Source: an uncultured delta proteobacterium (GTDB lineage Bacteria > Desulfobacterota > Desulfomonilia > Desulfomonilales > Desulfomonilaceae). Taken from it: DNA of 64,000 bases. Below, one piece after another: positions 1 to 9,312 of this stretch. Position 1 is the stretch's first letter; each line of letters starts with the position of its first letter. The notes under the pieces were generated by a model. It saw nothing but the letters and a program-made list of their open reading frames with translations, made no database searches and was not told the origin of the DNA. Position numbers and translations under genes: made by a program. The stretch covers positions 416,001 through 480,000 of the forward strand of contig CAWBKB010000003.1 of assembly GCA_963789265.1 (NCBI GenBank), in the 5' to 3' direction.

Positions 1-159
1 TTTTTGGGTCGCTTGTTCGGACATATCGTCACGCCTCACTCATTACCGAAGTTACGTCAGAATGTCTGACTCTATCTTGGTGAATTATAATCGAATTCAT
101 GGCATATTTCAATAGCTAATGCACCGGACGGGAAGTATTGCCGGTTCTTATGGCCGAGA

Positions 160-456
160 CTATTTCGCGGAGATGCCCACATAGACTTGGTTAATCATGT
201 CTTGGATCCGCTGTATTGCATTTTGTTGGATGTATGCGGGATTGTGAATCCTCTGAACTTCGGGCGTACTCTTCTTCGATTTCATGCTTACAAGCATTAG
301 TTCTTCTTCTTTGGCGATAATGACAAATTTCGTCTGTTTGTCTTCAATTGTGCAAACCCAATCTTTGCCGGAAACTCTTATTAGTGGTCTAATGCCCGAC
401 TCCTTTGCAGTCCGTAGGGTTGCGAGTATATGATCAAAAGCCTCTTCACTGTTCAT
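160..456 (-). CDS. Hypothetical protein (~98 aa)
   Basis: Open frame with protein-like composition; ATG at 456 preceded by GGAG; no recognisable motif. Confidence 0.6.
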   Translation of the reverse strand: MNSEEAFDHILATLRTAKESGIRPLIRVSGKDWVCTIEDKQTKFVIIAKEEELMLVSMKSKKSTPEVQRIHNPAYIQQNAIQRIQDMINQVYVGISAK

Positions 457-642
457 TTGCAAGCCGCTCCACTAGCTTGGCAGTGAGCATATTTGTTCGT
501 GAGCACAAAAACATAGGGCGACCTCTACAAGATCGCCCTCTTATGTGAAGCATAAGCGGCCTTTAAACAATTGCGCTTGGGTGCCGGTCAAGCAGCAAAT
601 CGGTCGCATATATCAGGAACTCAATCTTCGTGTAATCAATTC

Positions 643-1149
643 TCATGCGGCCACATTATCATAAGCACCCCTTTCCACGAGCAATTTAGCCACCTCTGCT
701 TCTTGCCATACATTGGCTTCCGTCAAAGCAGTCCGGCCGCCAATGTCCCGCACATGGATGTCGGCCCCTCCTTCCAGAAGGATGGTCACGACGCCGGCGT
801 GCCCGCTCAAAGCGGCCTCTAAGAGCGCTGTCCTACCGTCGAAATCTTTAGCATTAACGTTCGCCCCCCACTCGATGAGAAGCTCCACCACTACTCTTTG
901 GCCGGTAAGGGCCGCGAAATTAAGGGCAGTCGCGCCGAAGACACTATCAGCCATTTCGACATCCGCACCGTGATCCAGCAGTAGTCTGACCACCGCGCCA
1001 TAACCTCTCAGGGAAGCCTCGATTAAAGGCGTTGCGCCGCATTCGTTTCGATAATTCACATCGGCCCCCTGAGCTAAAAGCTCCCTCACCTTTAGGAGGC
1101 GCCCACCTTTGGCTGCGGAATCCAACTCAACACCCACTGGATCAAACAT
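643..1149 (-). CDS. Ankyrin repeat protein
   Basis: Repeated G-x-T-P/A-L...G...VV-LL-GAD/NVN ankyrin units; likely start MFDPVG at 1149 after GGAG. Confidence 0.9.
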   Translation of the reverse strand: MFDPVGVELDSAAKGGRLLKVRELLAQGADVNYRNECGATPLIEASLRGYGAVVRLLLDHGADVEMADSVFGATALNFAALTGQRVVVELLIEWGANVNAKDFDGRTALLEAALSGHAGVVTILLEGGADIHVRDIGGRTALTEANVWQEAEVAKLLVERGAYDNVAA

Positions 1150-2165
1150 TTCCCGCTCTCCGTATCTAATCAACAAAAAACACAGCCGGCAAAAGACTAC
1201 GACCCAGCGCCCCAGAGGACTCTCCGAGATCGCCCCCATGACCCCGGAGAGTCTGCGTAGCGGGCCTTATAAGGTTCGGCAGCACCCAGCATCAATTCCG
1301 CCCGCCCCCCTGAATAATTATTCTCCATCTTCTCTCACAACTGAGAGCAATCCCATTCATCGGATTGCTGCTCCCGGGCATGGTTATACGTCGTACTCGC
1401 AATTGTTATGCTGCTTCCCCGTCTCCGTTTAATGATGAAGACAGACCCACCGATGAGTTCGCTCCCCCACCGGTAACCTGTATGAGCTTGAGGGTAACCC
1501 CCTATTAGCCTTTTCTGGTTGGCCCGGGATAAAGTATGACTGCCGTTCTCTCCCGATCCGCGCACTCCACTGCTTTGATATTTGAGGCAGCAATTCTTAT
1601 GCCATTCGTGGACAACCCAATGGGAATCATTCCTTTATTTAGCAAAACAAAGTGGTTATCAATTGAACTCCAGCGTTTCCACTCGCGGACCGTCGAAACG
1701 AACTGCACTCAAAATGCGCATAAAACACCCAACAATCATCTATGAGTGTCTTATCAACATCTTACCGAATAGATGCGGGTAGTTTTTCCCCATGAGGCCC
1801 GCGGCGTGCAATAATTACCCGACACCCACTCGGACGTGGCAGGAATTGTTAAAGATTGTGCCATGAGTCACTCGATCGCAGTTAAGGGTGATTATACGAG
1901 AGCCGTGGTCAAGGACTTAAGGATTCAGGATCCTGGACTCATTTGAACAAACTGAGACAAACGGCGGGTCCACTAACACCGAACATCAGAAAAGATGCTT
2001 TGCGAACACACACATCTCGGGGTGACCGCGGGGCCACCCCGGATGAGTGCGCAAGATTCAGCCAACTTGTCGTTTTATCCGGACACGGTCCGCGCTTGGC
2101 CGGCTATCCCGACACGGTAAACGCAGATTCTGTAAAAGCGGGGGCATTCCAACGACCCCCTTACA

Positions 2166-2738
2166 TTATTGTATCAGCCTGTACGGATATGCCCGCTTGG
2201 TCCACTGATTGTCAGGATGTTCAGCCGACAGCTTGTCGTACGATGCTCGCAGAGGCTTGGGGTCATGCGTGCTCTTGTATAGAGAGACACCGCGCAAAAA
2301 GATCGCCTCGGGAGCGGCATCACTCTTAGGATACGATTCGAGAAGCGAATTCAAGCGTGAAATAGCCTCGTTAAACTCTTCCCGATCGAAGTGAGACTTC
2401 GCAATCCCGAGCATCAGAGAGGCTATCAGTTCCTCCGGTCCAAGAAAACCGACTGTGCGGTGATGTTCTGTGCCGTCAGGATCGAGGGTGACCAAGGTGG
2501 GAGTCCATTTGACCTTGAAGTCCGCCGAGAGGGGCTTGTGATCGTAGGCCACCCTGAGAGGAATTAGATTTTCTTGGATAAACTTCGCCACGGCTTCCCC
2601 AGGATACGTAACCGCATCCATCTGTTGACAGCCGAGTCATCCCGGGTTGAAGAAATCAAGTAGCACGTGTTTGCCTTCGGCCTTCGCCCGCGAAAGTGCC
2701 TTGTCCATGCCGTTTTCCCACTCAATTTTATTTGCCAT
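2166..2738 (-). CDS. Thioredoxin-fold/TPR protein with UxxC motif; predicted selenoprotein (190 aa)
   Basis: ATG 2738 with GGAGG RBS reads MANKIEW...LLDFFNPG-TGA(2637-2639)-LGCQQMDAVTYP, in frame with the 151-aa ORF; WTPT cis-Pro loop; C-terminal TPR-like helices; hairpin 17 nt downstream of the UGA. Confidence 0.88.
2602..2619 (-). promoter_or_regulatory. Putative bacterial SECIS element
   Basis: GGAUGCG-GUUA-CGUAUCC stem-loop starting 17 nt after the in-frame UGA, with G at the first loop position. Confidence 0.72.
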
Positions 2739-2941
2739 AATTGCCTCCCCGGGGTAATCAAAGTCCCCTTTAGTTAATATTTTAAATACTATTATACGCA
2801 TCCGGCTAATATGGTCAATCCAAACGCGGCAAGGGGCATTAGTAGGAATCGACTTGTAACGGCAAAAGGTATGACCGATAATGTGAATGGGGCTTGAAGC
2901 TCGTAGAAAAATCTCAATTATGCCTAATGGGGGAGGACCCG

Positions 2942-3502
2942 ATGTGGAACAAGATTTCCTGGCTGCTCATAGGGATGTTGGCTATTTGTGTCAGCTACGG
3001 GGGGACGCTGTGTTCTTCTGAAACAACGGGAGCAAAGCGCATGAAACTTGAGATCAGGAGTACCGCGTTCGGCGACGCTCAAATGATACCGAAAATCTAT
3101 ACGTGTCAAGGCAAGAATATATCGCCTCCGCTGTCATGGGGGGCGGTCCCCGAGCAAACACGGAGCATTGCGCTTATATTGGAAGATCCGGATGCTCCAA
3201 TGGGGACATTTGTGCACTGGGTATTGTTCAATCTGCCGCCGGAAACCAAGGGATTGCCGGAGAACGTGCCGGTAGGAAAGACTCTGGCAAACGGGGCAAA
3301 ACATGGCGCGGGTACCTCCAAGAAAATCGGCTACATGGGGCCTTGCCCTCCAAGCGGCACTCACAGATATTTCTTCAGGGTGTATGCGCTGGATTCAAAG
3401 CTCGACCTTAAGAGCGGCAGCTCCAAGGAACGACTGTTGAGAGCCATGCAAAGGCACATTCTATCGGAAGGTCAATTAATGGGCACTTACAAGCGCCATT
3501 AG
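2942..3502 (+). CDS. YbhB/YbcL family (PEBP/Raf-kinase-inhibitor-like) secreted protein
   Basis: DPDAP, FVHW, GPCPPSGTHRYFFRVYALD motifs; signal peptide; GGAGG RBS. Confidence 0.92.
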   Translation: MWNKISWLLIGMLAICVSYGGTLCSSETTGAKRMKLEIRSTAFGDAQMIPKIYTCQGKNISPPLSWGAVPEQTRSIALILEDPDAPMGTFVHWVLFNLPPETKGLPENVPVGKTLANGAKHGAGTSKKIGYMGPCPPSGTHRYFFRVYALDSKLDLKSGSSKERLLRAMQRHILSEGQLMGTYKRH

Positions 3503-3619
3503 GGGCTAACGGCATTCGTTCCTATAGCGCATAGTCAGCCCGGCGCTGAAGAAAGTGTTTCAAAACTATTTTGATGCCCGGAATCGTGCTACGATTCAGT
3601 CTCATTCGTATAGTCGTCG

Positions 3620-3713
3620 CCCTCACCCCAACCCTCTCCCAGAGGGAGAGGGAGCCGATCCAGGGCAGTTTTGCACTTCCCTCGCCCTCTGGGAGAGGGG
3701 CACAGGGTGAGGG
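3620..3713. repeat. REP-like paired palindromic element
   Basis: CCCTCACCCCAACCCTCTCCCAGAGGGAGAGGG and its imperfect inverted copy; flanked by direct repeat TCGTGCTACGATTC at 3584-3597 and 3716-3729. Confidence 0.75.
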
Positions 3714-3848
3714 ATTCGTGCTACGATTCTGACCGCTTCATTGTTTTTGAGACAGTTTCGGGAGGCCGGCACTACTGTGATCCCGATGGGATCGGTCCCG
3801 CGGGATGCCGGTTGCAAAGTTCTCGATGAGCGGTTGCACAAGCAGTTA

Positions 3849-3877
3849 TTGACGGTTGTCGCCGTATTTGATATAAT
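3849..3877 (+). promoter_or_regulatory. Sigma70-type promoter for the 3934 gene
   Basis: TTGACG-17 nt-TATAAT. Confidence 0.7.
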
Positions 3878-3933
3878 ACATCACATAAATATTGTATGGC
3901 ATTGATTTAATAATTACTTAATAGGAGCATGCC

Positions 3934-4257
3934 ATGTCGGCCCGATTTCTCTTCTGCCTGCTTGTCTCAGTTTGCGGCGCCTTGTTGACTGCCACACAGG
4001 GTTTTGCTTTCCAGTGCGGCCCCACGCTGGCTTGTGGCATGCCAACGGTGCCTGTGTGCGACCAGCCGATCATCCCCATGGCACCCTGTTGCGTACCTTC
4101 ACCGCTCTTCCCTCCCCCGCCGCCGATCGTTGCGCCTGTTATAATACCACCGGCGGTGGCTTGCGCTCCTTATTACTGCCCGCCTGCACTGCCTCCGAGC
4201 TACGCAGGATCCCCACGACCCCCTCGACCTCGAGTCATGCCTTATCCAATGAAGTGA
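3934..4257 (+). CDS. Secreted Pro/Cys-rich hypothetical protein
   Basis: AGGAG RBS, signal peptide ending AFA, Pro-rich mature part, near-consensus promoter upstream. Confidence 0.7.
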   Translation: MSARFLFCLLVSVCGALLTATQGFAFQCGPTLACGMPTVPVCDQPIIPMAPCCVPSPLFPPPPPIVAPVIIPPAVACAPYYCPPALPPSYAGSPRPPRPRVMPYPMK

Positions 4258-4487
4258 GGCCGCGAATCATACTAGTTCGCTCTCAAATAAGTGAGAATTG
4301 GCAAATATCAAACTGCACTGATCTGGCGCCATGAGGGCACTCAGGTCAGTGGCACCCAACATCCATTCATGAGGTCCAGGTGCCATCCCGCGTCCCGCGG
4401 GAGGCTTTGTCAGATCCGTGCTGTATTTATCGTTTGATAGCCTACCAATATCACTTACTTGAAAGCGCATCGCTATCAGGAGCAGGC

Positions 4488-5588
4488 TCAACGAAAATAA
4501 TCGACAATTATTTTGGCGGTCTTGTTAGCCACGTCCGTCCCCAGTTTCTTTACGACTGCACTCGACTTCAAGTAATCCCCTGCTTCAATCCTCCGGAGGC
4601 ATGACACGACCCGCCGTTTATCTCTTCCGACAAGCGCGGATGTCCCTTGCTCCAAGTAAATTGGTCGCTCGGTGTTGTCGCGGCATACCAGGCAGGGCAC
4701 ATCAAAGAAACTTGCCTCCGATTGAACTGACCCTGAATCGGATAGAATCAGCACGCATCCTTCCATAAGTGACAAGAAATCTATATATGGCTGGGGTGGA
4801 ACGAGAGTTAGGTTGCGAACGCCTTCTATTCTCTTCCTAAAGCCGAATTCATCCAAACGTTTCTGGGTCCTGGGGTGGATTGGAAAGATTACAGGGTATG
4901 GCAGAAGTTCCAGGATGTCGATCACATCGCTCAGCGACTCCGGATCGTCGACGTTTGACGGACGGTGAATGGTCACCAAAGCGTACGATCCCGTTTCTAA
5001 TCCAAAGGCTTTCCAGAGCTTCTTTTCGTTTATACCGGGGAGAAACATCTGGAGGGTCTCGAGCATGATGTCACCCACCAGATGCACCCGGCTCATATCA
5101 ATGCATTCTCTTCTCAGATTTTCCACACCGGACGGCTCGGAGACAAATAGAAGATTTGACAGGCAATCGGTCAGACGGCGATTATGCTCTTCAGGCATAG
5201 ATTCGTCGAAGGATCTCAGGCCGGCTTCCACGTGAGTCACCGGTATGAAGATTTTTCGTGCCACCAGCGCGGCCGCGATTGTGGAATTGACGTCTCCCAC
5301 TACAACGACCATATCGGGCTTGACCTCCTGACAGACTTTCTCAAATTCGATCATGATTCTGCCGGTCATCTCTCCGTGGCTTCCGGAGCCAACTCCGAGA
5401 TGATGTTCCGGCGGGGCCAAGCCGAGTTGCTGAAAGAATACGTCGCTCATCTCCTTGTCATAGTGCTGGCCTGTATGCACCGTGACGTGGCGAATGAGTT
5501 CGTACTTTTTGAACTCTTTCTCCAGCGGAGCTATTTTCATGAAGTTGGGCCGGGCACCGACCACGCTGACTATTTTCTTTGGCTTCAT
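4488..5588 (-). CDS. wecB: UDP-N-acetylglucosamine 2-epimerase family protein (non-hydrolysing)
   Basis: VVGARPNFMK, HTGQHYD, HVEAGLRS, PEE.NR and SDSG motifs. Confidence 0.92.
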   Translation of the reverse strand: MKPKKIVSVVGARPNFMKIAPLEKEFKKYELIRHVTVHTGQHYDKEMSDVFFQQLGLAPPEHHLGVGSGSHGEMTGRIMIEFEKVCQEVKPDMVVVVGDVNSTIAAALVARKIFIPVTHVEAGLRSFDESMPEEHNRRLTDCLSNLLFVSEPSGVENLRRECIDMSRVHLVGDIMLETLQMFLPGINEKKLWKAFGLETGSYALVTIHRPSNVDDPESLSDVIDILELLPYPVIFPIHPRTQKRLDEFGFRKRIEGVRNLTLVPPQPYIDFLSLMEGCVLILSDSGSVQSEASFFDVPCLVCRDNTERPIYLEQGTSALVGRDKRRVVSCLRRIEAGDYLKSSAVVKKLGTDVANKTAKIIVDYFR

Positions 5589-5607
5589 TGTCCATCCACC
5601 AGTTGGA

Positions 5608-6759
5608 TTACACCTTGTGCTCTGTCCAGCCTGCGCGCCGGCGCAGAAAGCTTTCTATGAGATCTACGATCCGCTTTGACGCGTGGCCGTCTCCAAAAGG
5701 GCTTTCCTGAATGATCATGGAAGAGTAATGTTCAGGGTCCTCCAGCAGACGCGATGCCTCTCGGACGATCTTCTGACGATCCGTTCCCACGAGGATAGCA
5801 GCGCCGGATTCGACCGCCTCAGGTCTTTCAGTGAGGTTCCTTGCTACGAGGACCGGTTTCTTCAAGGATGGCGCTTCCTCCTGAATGCCACCCGAATCGG
5901 TGATTATGAAGTACGCATGGCTCATAAGGGCTACGAATCGGAAATAATCCGGTGGCGTAATAACACGGATCCTGTCGTGCGATCCAAGTATGCTCTCGAC
6001 GGGTTCTCGCACGTTTGGATTGGGGTGCACAGAATACACGACAACAACATCCTGAAACATTTGGACCAAATCAACCAGCGCGTGAGACAAATTCGCAAGC
6101 CCGGGGCCGAAATTCTCTCTCCTATGCCCGGTAACGAGAATCATTCTTCCGGGCGGTAAAGCAAGATCTACGAGACCTTCGCGCAGCTCGCCCCGTTCGC
6201 CCAAGAGCGTTATAGTCTGGAGTAATGCGTCAATAACGGTGTTGCCGGTGATATGAATTGAATCCGGAGATATCTGTTCGGCGCGGAGGTTTTGGGCAGC
6301 CCGCTTGGTGGGGCAAAAGTTCAGGTCAGCGATGTGGGAAATAAACGTTCTGTTGACTTCTTCCGGGAAGGGCTGGAACCGATCGTAAGATCTTAATCCG
6401 GCCTCCACATGGGCTATCGGGATTTTCAGATAAAACGCGGCAAGGGCAGCCGCAAAAGCAGACGAGGTGTCTCCTTGCACCATAAGTATGTCCGGTTTCT
6501 CTGTGAGAAGGATGTCCCTGGTTCCTTGCAATGCGTTTACCGCTATATGAAAGAGGCCTTGATCCTCTCTGATTATGTTAAGGTCGTAATCAGTACGGAT
6601 ATCAAAGGCATCAAGCACCTGGTCCAAGAGCTGGCGGTGCTGACCGGTTGTGCAACATACCAGCCTAATGCGGTCCGCGCGTTTACGAATCTCTTTGTAG
6701 ACCGGTGCAAGCTTAATTGCCTCGGGGCGTGTCCCGAACACCAACAATACAGTAAACAT
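5608..6759 (-). CDS. wecB: UDP-N-acetylglucosamine 2-epimerase (non-hydrolysing)
   Basis: FGTRPEAIK, TGQHR, HVEAGLRS, PFPEEVNR, TDSGGIQEEAPSL and TERPE motifs. Confidence 0.95.
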   Translation of the reverse strand: MFTVLLVFGTRPEAIKLAPVYKEIRKRADRIRLVCCTTGQHRQLLDQVLDAFDIRTDYDLNIIREDQGLFHIAVNALQGTRDILLTEKPDILMVQGDTSSAFAAALAAFYLKIPIAHVEAGLRSYDRFQPFPEEVNRTFISHIADLNFCPTKRAAQNLRAEQISPDSIHITGNTVIDALLQTITLLGERGELREGLVDLALPPGRMILVTGHRRENFGPGLANLSHALVDLVQMFQDVVVVYSVHPNPNVREPVESILGSHDRIRVITPPDYFRFVALMSHAYFIITDSGGIQEEAPSLKKPVLVARNLTERPEAVESGAAILVGTDRQKIVREASRLLEDPEHYSSMIIQESPFGDGHASKRIVDLIESFLRRRAGWTEHKV

Positions 6760-6909
6760 AATTCTTCATCCGCCTGCCGAAATTCGAAAATGAATTATGC
6801 ACGAAAACGAGTTCCACGGCAAACTTCGATAGGCAAACGTGATTGACATTATCAGCGATTGGTTTAAATTGATCACGTAAGTCAGCAAGCGGGCGGCTGA
6901 GGTCTATCA

Positions 6910-7458
6910 GTGGGCGCGGCAAGATTTTCCGTTATTTTGGGAGCAATGGCGCTGGTCATAACGGGCACGTTGCCGGCGAGCGGTCAATTCGGGGTTCTTC
7001 CGCGGGAGCCCTTGGAGACGGCAAACTTCTATATTGCCCCCAGGCTGAATTATGTCCGCTCGTATTGGATCTTTGACCAAACTAACAATAATGTCATCGG
7101 GTACGCTCCGTGGGACATGGTCCGTAGACGCTGGACGCTCTTTACCCTCACCGGAAAGTACGGCGGGTTCATTCAAGCCACTCTCGGAGCCACAAGACCT
7201 CCACATTATAAACAGTACCTTTGGTACGACAAAGACAATAGATATAAGGGCGTTTTCATTGCCCACCTAGGTGGCACACCGGTGACGACGGAACACCCCT
7301 TCGGAGAGCTTGGCGGGTGGCTGGAGATCTATCATGTCGGCAACATACCGATAACCCGACCCTCATATAAGTTGGAACTGGACCCGCTAAAGCGATTTCC
7401 CGAGGGCGTCGAGGTTACGCCGGTTGAGCCCTCCTATGGAGTTAAGCCGCCAAAATGA
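6910..7458 (+). CDS. Secreted hypothetical protein
   Basis: GAGG RBS, GTG start, signal peptide, aromatic-rich mature region. Confidence 0.7.
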   Translation: MGAARFSVILGAMALVITGTLPASGQFGVLPREPLETANFYIAPRLNYVRSYWIFDQTNNNVIGYAPWDMVRRRWTLFTLTGKYGGFIQATLGATRPPHYKQYLWYDKDNRYKGVFIAHLGGTPVTTEHPFGELGGWLEIYHVGNIPITRPSYKLELDPLKRFPEGVEVTPVEPSYGVKPPK

Positions 7459-7869
7459 CGGTGTATGGGCGCGCTCGCACAGGCTGTGTAGGCGGCCGAC
7501 CGGTCGCGAAACTGAGGGCTCTCGGCGCGGCCTTCCAAAAGAAAGCCACAAAGGACCGGTGTGGGAGCCCTATGACAGATAATATAGGAAACTGACCGGC
7601 CCTCGACACGTCAAAGCTGGTCACAATTCTTTCTCGGTTCGCGGCGCCTCCTAGCCATTCTTATTCCGCAAGCATTCAGTTACAGTCGGAATTTCCGGGT
7701 GGCTTCGTGGAGTGGGCTTTCTAGCCCGCCATTGAACAGGGGTTTCCACGGCAGGCAGTCCCGCGCCTCGCGGGACTGCCCCACAAAACTGAATGGTTTC
7801 CCTATTCCCGGCATTGTAATTGACTTTTCGAGTAATGCAGTCAATTGTGAACTTGAGGCGGCTAATAGT

Positions 7870-9312
7870 ATGGATTCAAGGCTTAGCATTTTCAAAAATA
7901 CTCTGGCTCTCTCAGTACCCAACGTACTTAATCCCTTCATATCCTTCATATTGGTGCTGGTGATATCACATTACATAGGTGTCAAAGGTTTGGGGGAGTA
8001 CTCACTCGTCCTTTCGTACTTAGGAATTTTCAATACGCTTGCCGCGCTGGGTTTGGAAGATCTCGTCGTAAGAGAGGTGACGAGAAGACCTGACGATGCG
8101 CACATGTTTTTTCTCAACGCGGGTATTTTCGGGTCAATCTCTTCGCTGCTCGCGCTGGTGGCAATGGACGTGCTGGTGGCGGTGATGGGATACGAAAAGC
8201 AGGTGGTTTACGCTGCTTTCCTATGTTCTCTCTCTCGCGGCTTCAACCACCATGACCTATATGGAGGCTATTTTTCGGTCTGTGGAAAAAGCGGAATATG
8301 TGGCTTTCACCTATGTGCTGGAAAATCTTCTGAGAGTGGGTACATGTGTGTGGCTCTTGCTTCACGGGTACGGAATCGTGCCGCTATTTGGTGCAATTCT
8401 TGCAGCCGCATTTTCGGCTTCCTGGTGATGTCGTGTTTCTACGTAAAGGTGTTGGGTGTGCCGCGCGGTAAGTTAAATTTGGAAGTATGGCGCATATTGA
8501 TGAGGGAAGCACCCACGTTCACCAGCATTGCCATTTTTTCAACCATTCACCTAAGCATAGCTCAGATACTGCTTTCCAAACTGCAGTCAGTGGAATCGGT
8601 AGGGATTTTCAGTGCGGCTGACAGGCTTCTCGCTATATGTAAGACTGTGCCGGTGGCTTTTTCTTCCGCACTTCTCCCTTTCTTCACAAGGCACTTCGCT
8701 CTCGGTCCCAAGGATTTGATGCGGCTCGCGTCGGACTCATTGCGTTACCTGTTCGTGGGTGTCTTCCCGGTGGTGGTGGGCACGTTTGTCCTCGCTGACA
8801 GCATAATTACACAGATCTATGGGCAGAAGTTTTTCTTGGCAGGCACGGTGTTGAGGTTTCATATTTTGTCTCTTATTCCTTTCACCACCGTATATGTAAT
8901 GGCTCAGGTGCTCATCGCAACCGACAATCAGAAGGTGGATTTAATGATCAATATTGTCGCAGCGATAACAAATTTCATCCTGAATCTGCTCCTTATACCT
9001 CATTTTGCTGAGTTGGGAGCTGTTTTTGCCACACTCTTCACTGTCATAATATTCAATCAACTTCAGAATCTATACATCCGAAGGTACCTTTTCAGAATAA
9101 AGTTTACGGAAATTGTTACAAAGGTGCTTATTTCTTCTTTGATAATGGGAGCGTTCACCTATGCTTTGAGAGAGTGGAACATTTTCCTTAATATTGCCAT
9201 ATCGGCTATTGTGTACGGGTCGCTTATTGTTTTATTGCAAGTAGTTTCCCGCGATGAAATCGAATTCTTGGAAAGGTTAATAATGCGCAAAGCGAGAAGG
9301 GTTGACGGATGA
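7870..9312 (+). CDS. Wzx-like polysaccharide flippase, with two compensating indels at ~8230 and ~8400
   Basis: Multi-TM MOP-superfamily pattern (G...LGEYS; VGIFSAADR); 8235-8400 reads as typical flippase sequence only in the alternative frame. Confidence 0.85.
   Translation: MDSRLSIFKNTLALSVPNVLNPFISFILVLVISHYIGVKGLGEYSLVLSYLGIFNTLAALGLEDLVVREVTRRPDDAHMFFLNAGIFGSISSLLALVAMDVLVAVMGYEKQVVYAAFLCSLSRGFNHHDLYGGYFSVCGKSGICGFHLCAGKSSESGYMCVALASRVRNRAAIWCNSCSRIFGFLVMSCFYVKVLGVPRGKLNLEVWRILMREAPTFTSIAIFSTIHLSIAQILLSKLQSVESVGIFSAADRLLAICKTVPVAFSSALLPFFTRHFALGPKDLMRLASDSLRYLFVGVFPVVVGTFVLADSIITQIYGQKFFLAGTVLRFHILSLIPFTTVYVMAQVLIATDNQKVDLMINIVAAITNFILNLLLIPHFAELGAVFATLFTVIIFNQLQNLYIRRYLFRIKFTEIVTKVLISSLIMGAFTYALREWNIFLNIAISAIVYGSLIVLLQVVSRDEIEFLERLIMRKARRVDG

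Noticed and set aside
1..24. Start of a minus-strand gene (MSEQATQK) with GAGG upstream
   Set aside because: Only eight codons lie in the window; cannot be identified.
1335..1782. Several overlapping 66-76 aa ORFs
   Set aside because: No RBS or motif support; they look like chance ORFs in intergenic DNA.
2000..2054. Long GC-rich hairpin downstream of the selenoprotein terminator
   Set aside because: No riboswitch consensus and no clear downstream gene; insufficient evidence for an ncRNA.
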